Assembly: GCA_024626585.2 (NCBI GenBank)
Contig: JANKJI020000002.1
Span: 227,481,944-227,505,654, forward strand
DNA: 23,711 nt
Direction: 5' to 3'
Source: Ginkgo biloba
Taxonomy: Eukaryota; Plantae; Ginkgophyta
A program made the position numbers and the translations under genes. Each line of letters starts with the position of its first letter. Within the stretch, counting starts at the first letter, position 1. The notes beneath the pieces are model-generated. The model was not told the DNA's origin and ran no database searches. It saw nothing but the letters and a program-made list of their open reading frames with translations. This document shows, piece by piece, positions 22,024-23,711 of the stretch.

Positions 22024-23711
22024 TAAAAGGTAAATGTATAATTGGATAACATGAGGAGAATCTATATGAAAAATTGGGCACCATGAAGATGGATTAAGGA
22101 ACATAATTTATAAGGACCTATACATTGATAGGAATGATGGAAATCATTGCATGAAATAGGTGGTGGTCTTATTACTATATACAAAATAATTTTGGTTAGA
22201 CCAAATTAAGTATAAACCCTCTTCATGTGCCATGTGATTATATCATTTANNNNNNNNNNNNNNNNNNNNNNNNNNNNNNNNNNNNAACCATGTGGGATAT
22301 GCAAGTATGTGACCATAGTAGTGGAGAACATGGAAAATTAGTCTTGGAAGACCTTTTTGCTAAGTATGTGAACTAATAACTTGGCATATATTATTAAAAT
22401 GAATGATAAGAAGATATAAATTTATGAATATAAAGAGATATCATACTCCTATCATGTTAACACCATATAGTAATCATAAAATGGCCTCTAATTTAACTTC
22501 ATTATTGTAACTATGATTAATAAAATGTTCAACTTGATGGAAATCATTAATAAGCACCCATATAGTTATGGTGATGTCATGGTTCTAATAATTTTCTTCA
22601 TAAACAAAACTAATGTTATATATATAAGATGTTACCATTTAATTTCAAACGGGTTAATGAGACAATTCTTGTAAAGTGACATTAGTAAAATGATTCTTTG
22701 AAAACCAAAATTAAAAGTGAAACACTACGTTTTATGGTAATTTTCATATTTAAAACATTTTACCATTTGGAACATGTGGAATTGAAGAGGAGATGGGAGA
22801 TATTATATCAAAATCATTGCATTACATTCATTTTATATTTTTATAATATCTCTATTATTTTTACTTATATATATTATTGTATGCAATGGTCCCAAAGACA
22901 AATGATATGATTGTGGCATTTCTTACATCTAAGAGTTGCTAAGGAGAAAGTTAAAATCTAAGCTCCTCTCCATCACTTTAATGTCAATTTGGATAAGCAT
23001 TCCTCTAAATGAGATAGGGAGATTTTTATTAACTCTTAGTGGTTTGGAGAATTGATTATCAATATTCTTCAACATGCTTAATCTCTTATCAAAGATAGTG
23101 ATACCCAATTACTCATATATATGGTGGGTTATAATATTGAGAGGTGATCCTTTATTAATTATCTAACATTTTAACACTCATTTAGGGTATTTATATCAAT
23201 GTATAAGGGAGAAATGGTCAAATATCTAGCCATAGGATTCATGTTATTAAAGATGGTTAGAGATGAACTACCTAGAATAATACCTCCTATATCCAAAAGA
23301 GATTTTGCCACTATTTTTAACAAGTCTGTAAAACATATAAAACTAATATCATAGAAGAAGAATATACAAAATATCTTATAATTTAATAGTTATAAGTTGT
23401 ACAAATAATATAATTAAAAATAATCATGTTCTAAGAATATTTAGGAAGAATTTCTAGAAGAATCATCAACTTTGGGATTGAGAAGAGAATAAAATTGATT
23501 TGTAGCCTCTTATTCAACTAAGAAAGAAGGAGGTTCACATGATGTATATTATCTCGATATTGTATAAATGCATACCCCTTTCTAGATGGATAATATTATT
23601 AGGATTTCCTAAGATAATCCATGATTATATTATTATAGGTGTCAAGCCTTCATTTTATTAACAAGGAGGTTAGGAAATAAACTTTGAATTCCATTAGGAA
23701 TTTAATGGGAA
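22024..23711 (+). other. Second block of decayed ORF-like sequence of unknown origin
   Basis: Stop- and frameshift-broken peptide runs such as MWDMQVCDHSSGEHGKLVLEDLFAKYVN, LWHFLHLRVAKEKVKI*APLHHF, GEMVKYLAIGFMLLKMVRDELPRIIPPISKRDFATIF and RWIILLGFPKIIHDYIIIG. I recognise no domain. Confidence 0.3.

Overview
AT-rich, gap-riddled eukaryotic draft-scaffold DNA with many ~100-N placeholder gaps. It is almost certainly from a large, heavily methylated land-plant genome; gymnosperm or fern is my inference from the transposon sequence style. No intact gene, RNA gene or prokaryotic feature is visible. Recognisable pieces are decayed transposon fragments: a Ty3/gypsy RNase H (2706-2941 +), an L1 LINE ORF1 end plus ORF2 endonuclease start (6356-7890 -), a Ty3/gypsy 5' end with LTR, tRNA-Met PBS, gag and zinc knuckle (11845-~13660 -), a gypsy integrase core (13778-14332 +) and a CACTA transposase remnant (19506-20119 +). 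There are also a possible small Helitron, several arrays of CpG-decayed palindromic motifs, microsatellites and one candidate host terminal exon (21750-21848 +). The least explained material is two blocks of decayed ORF-like sequence with no domain I recognise: 7.9-11.65 kb (- strand, carrying a duplicated 53-bp motif) and 22.0-23.7 kb (+ strand). These are the best candidates for something undescribed, such as an endogenous virus-like element or an unknown transposon cargo family, but I cannot establish that from sequence alone. All translations and alignments were done by eye, and distances across N-gaps are unreliable.
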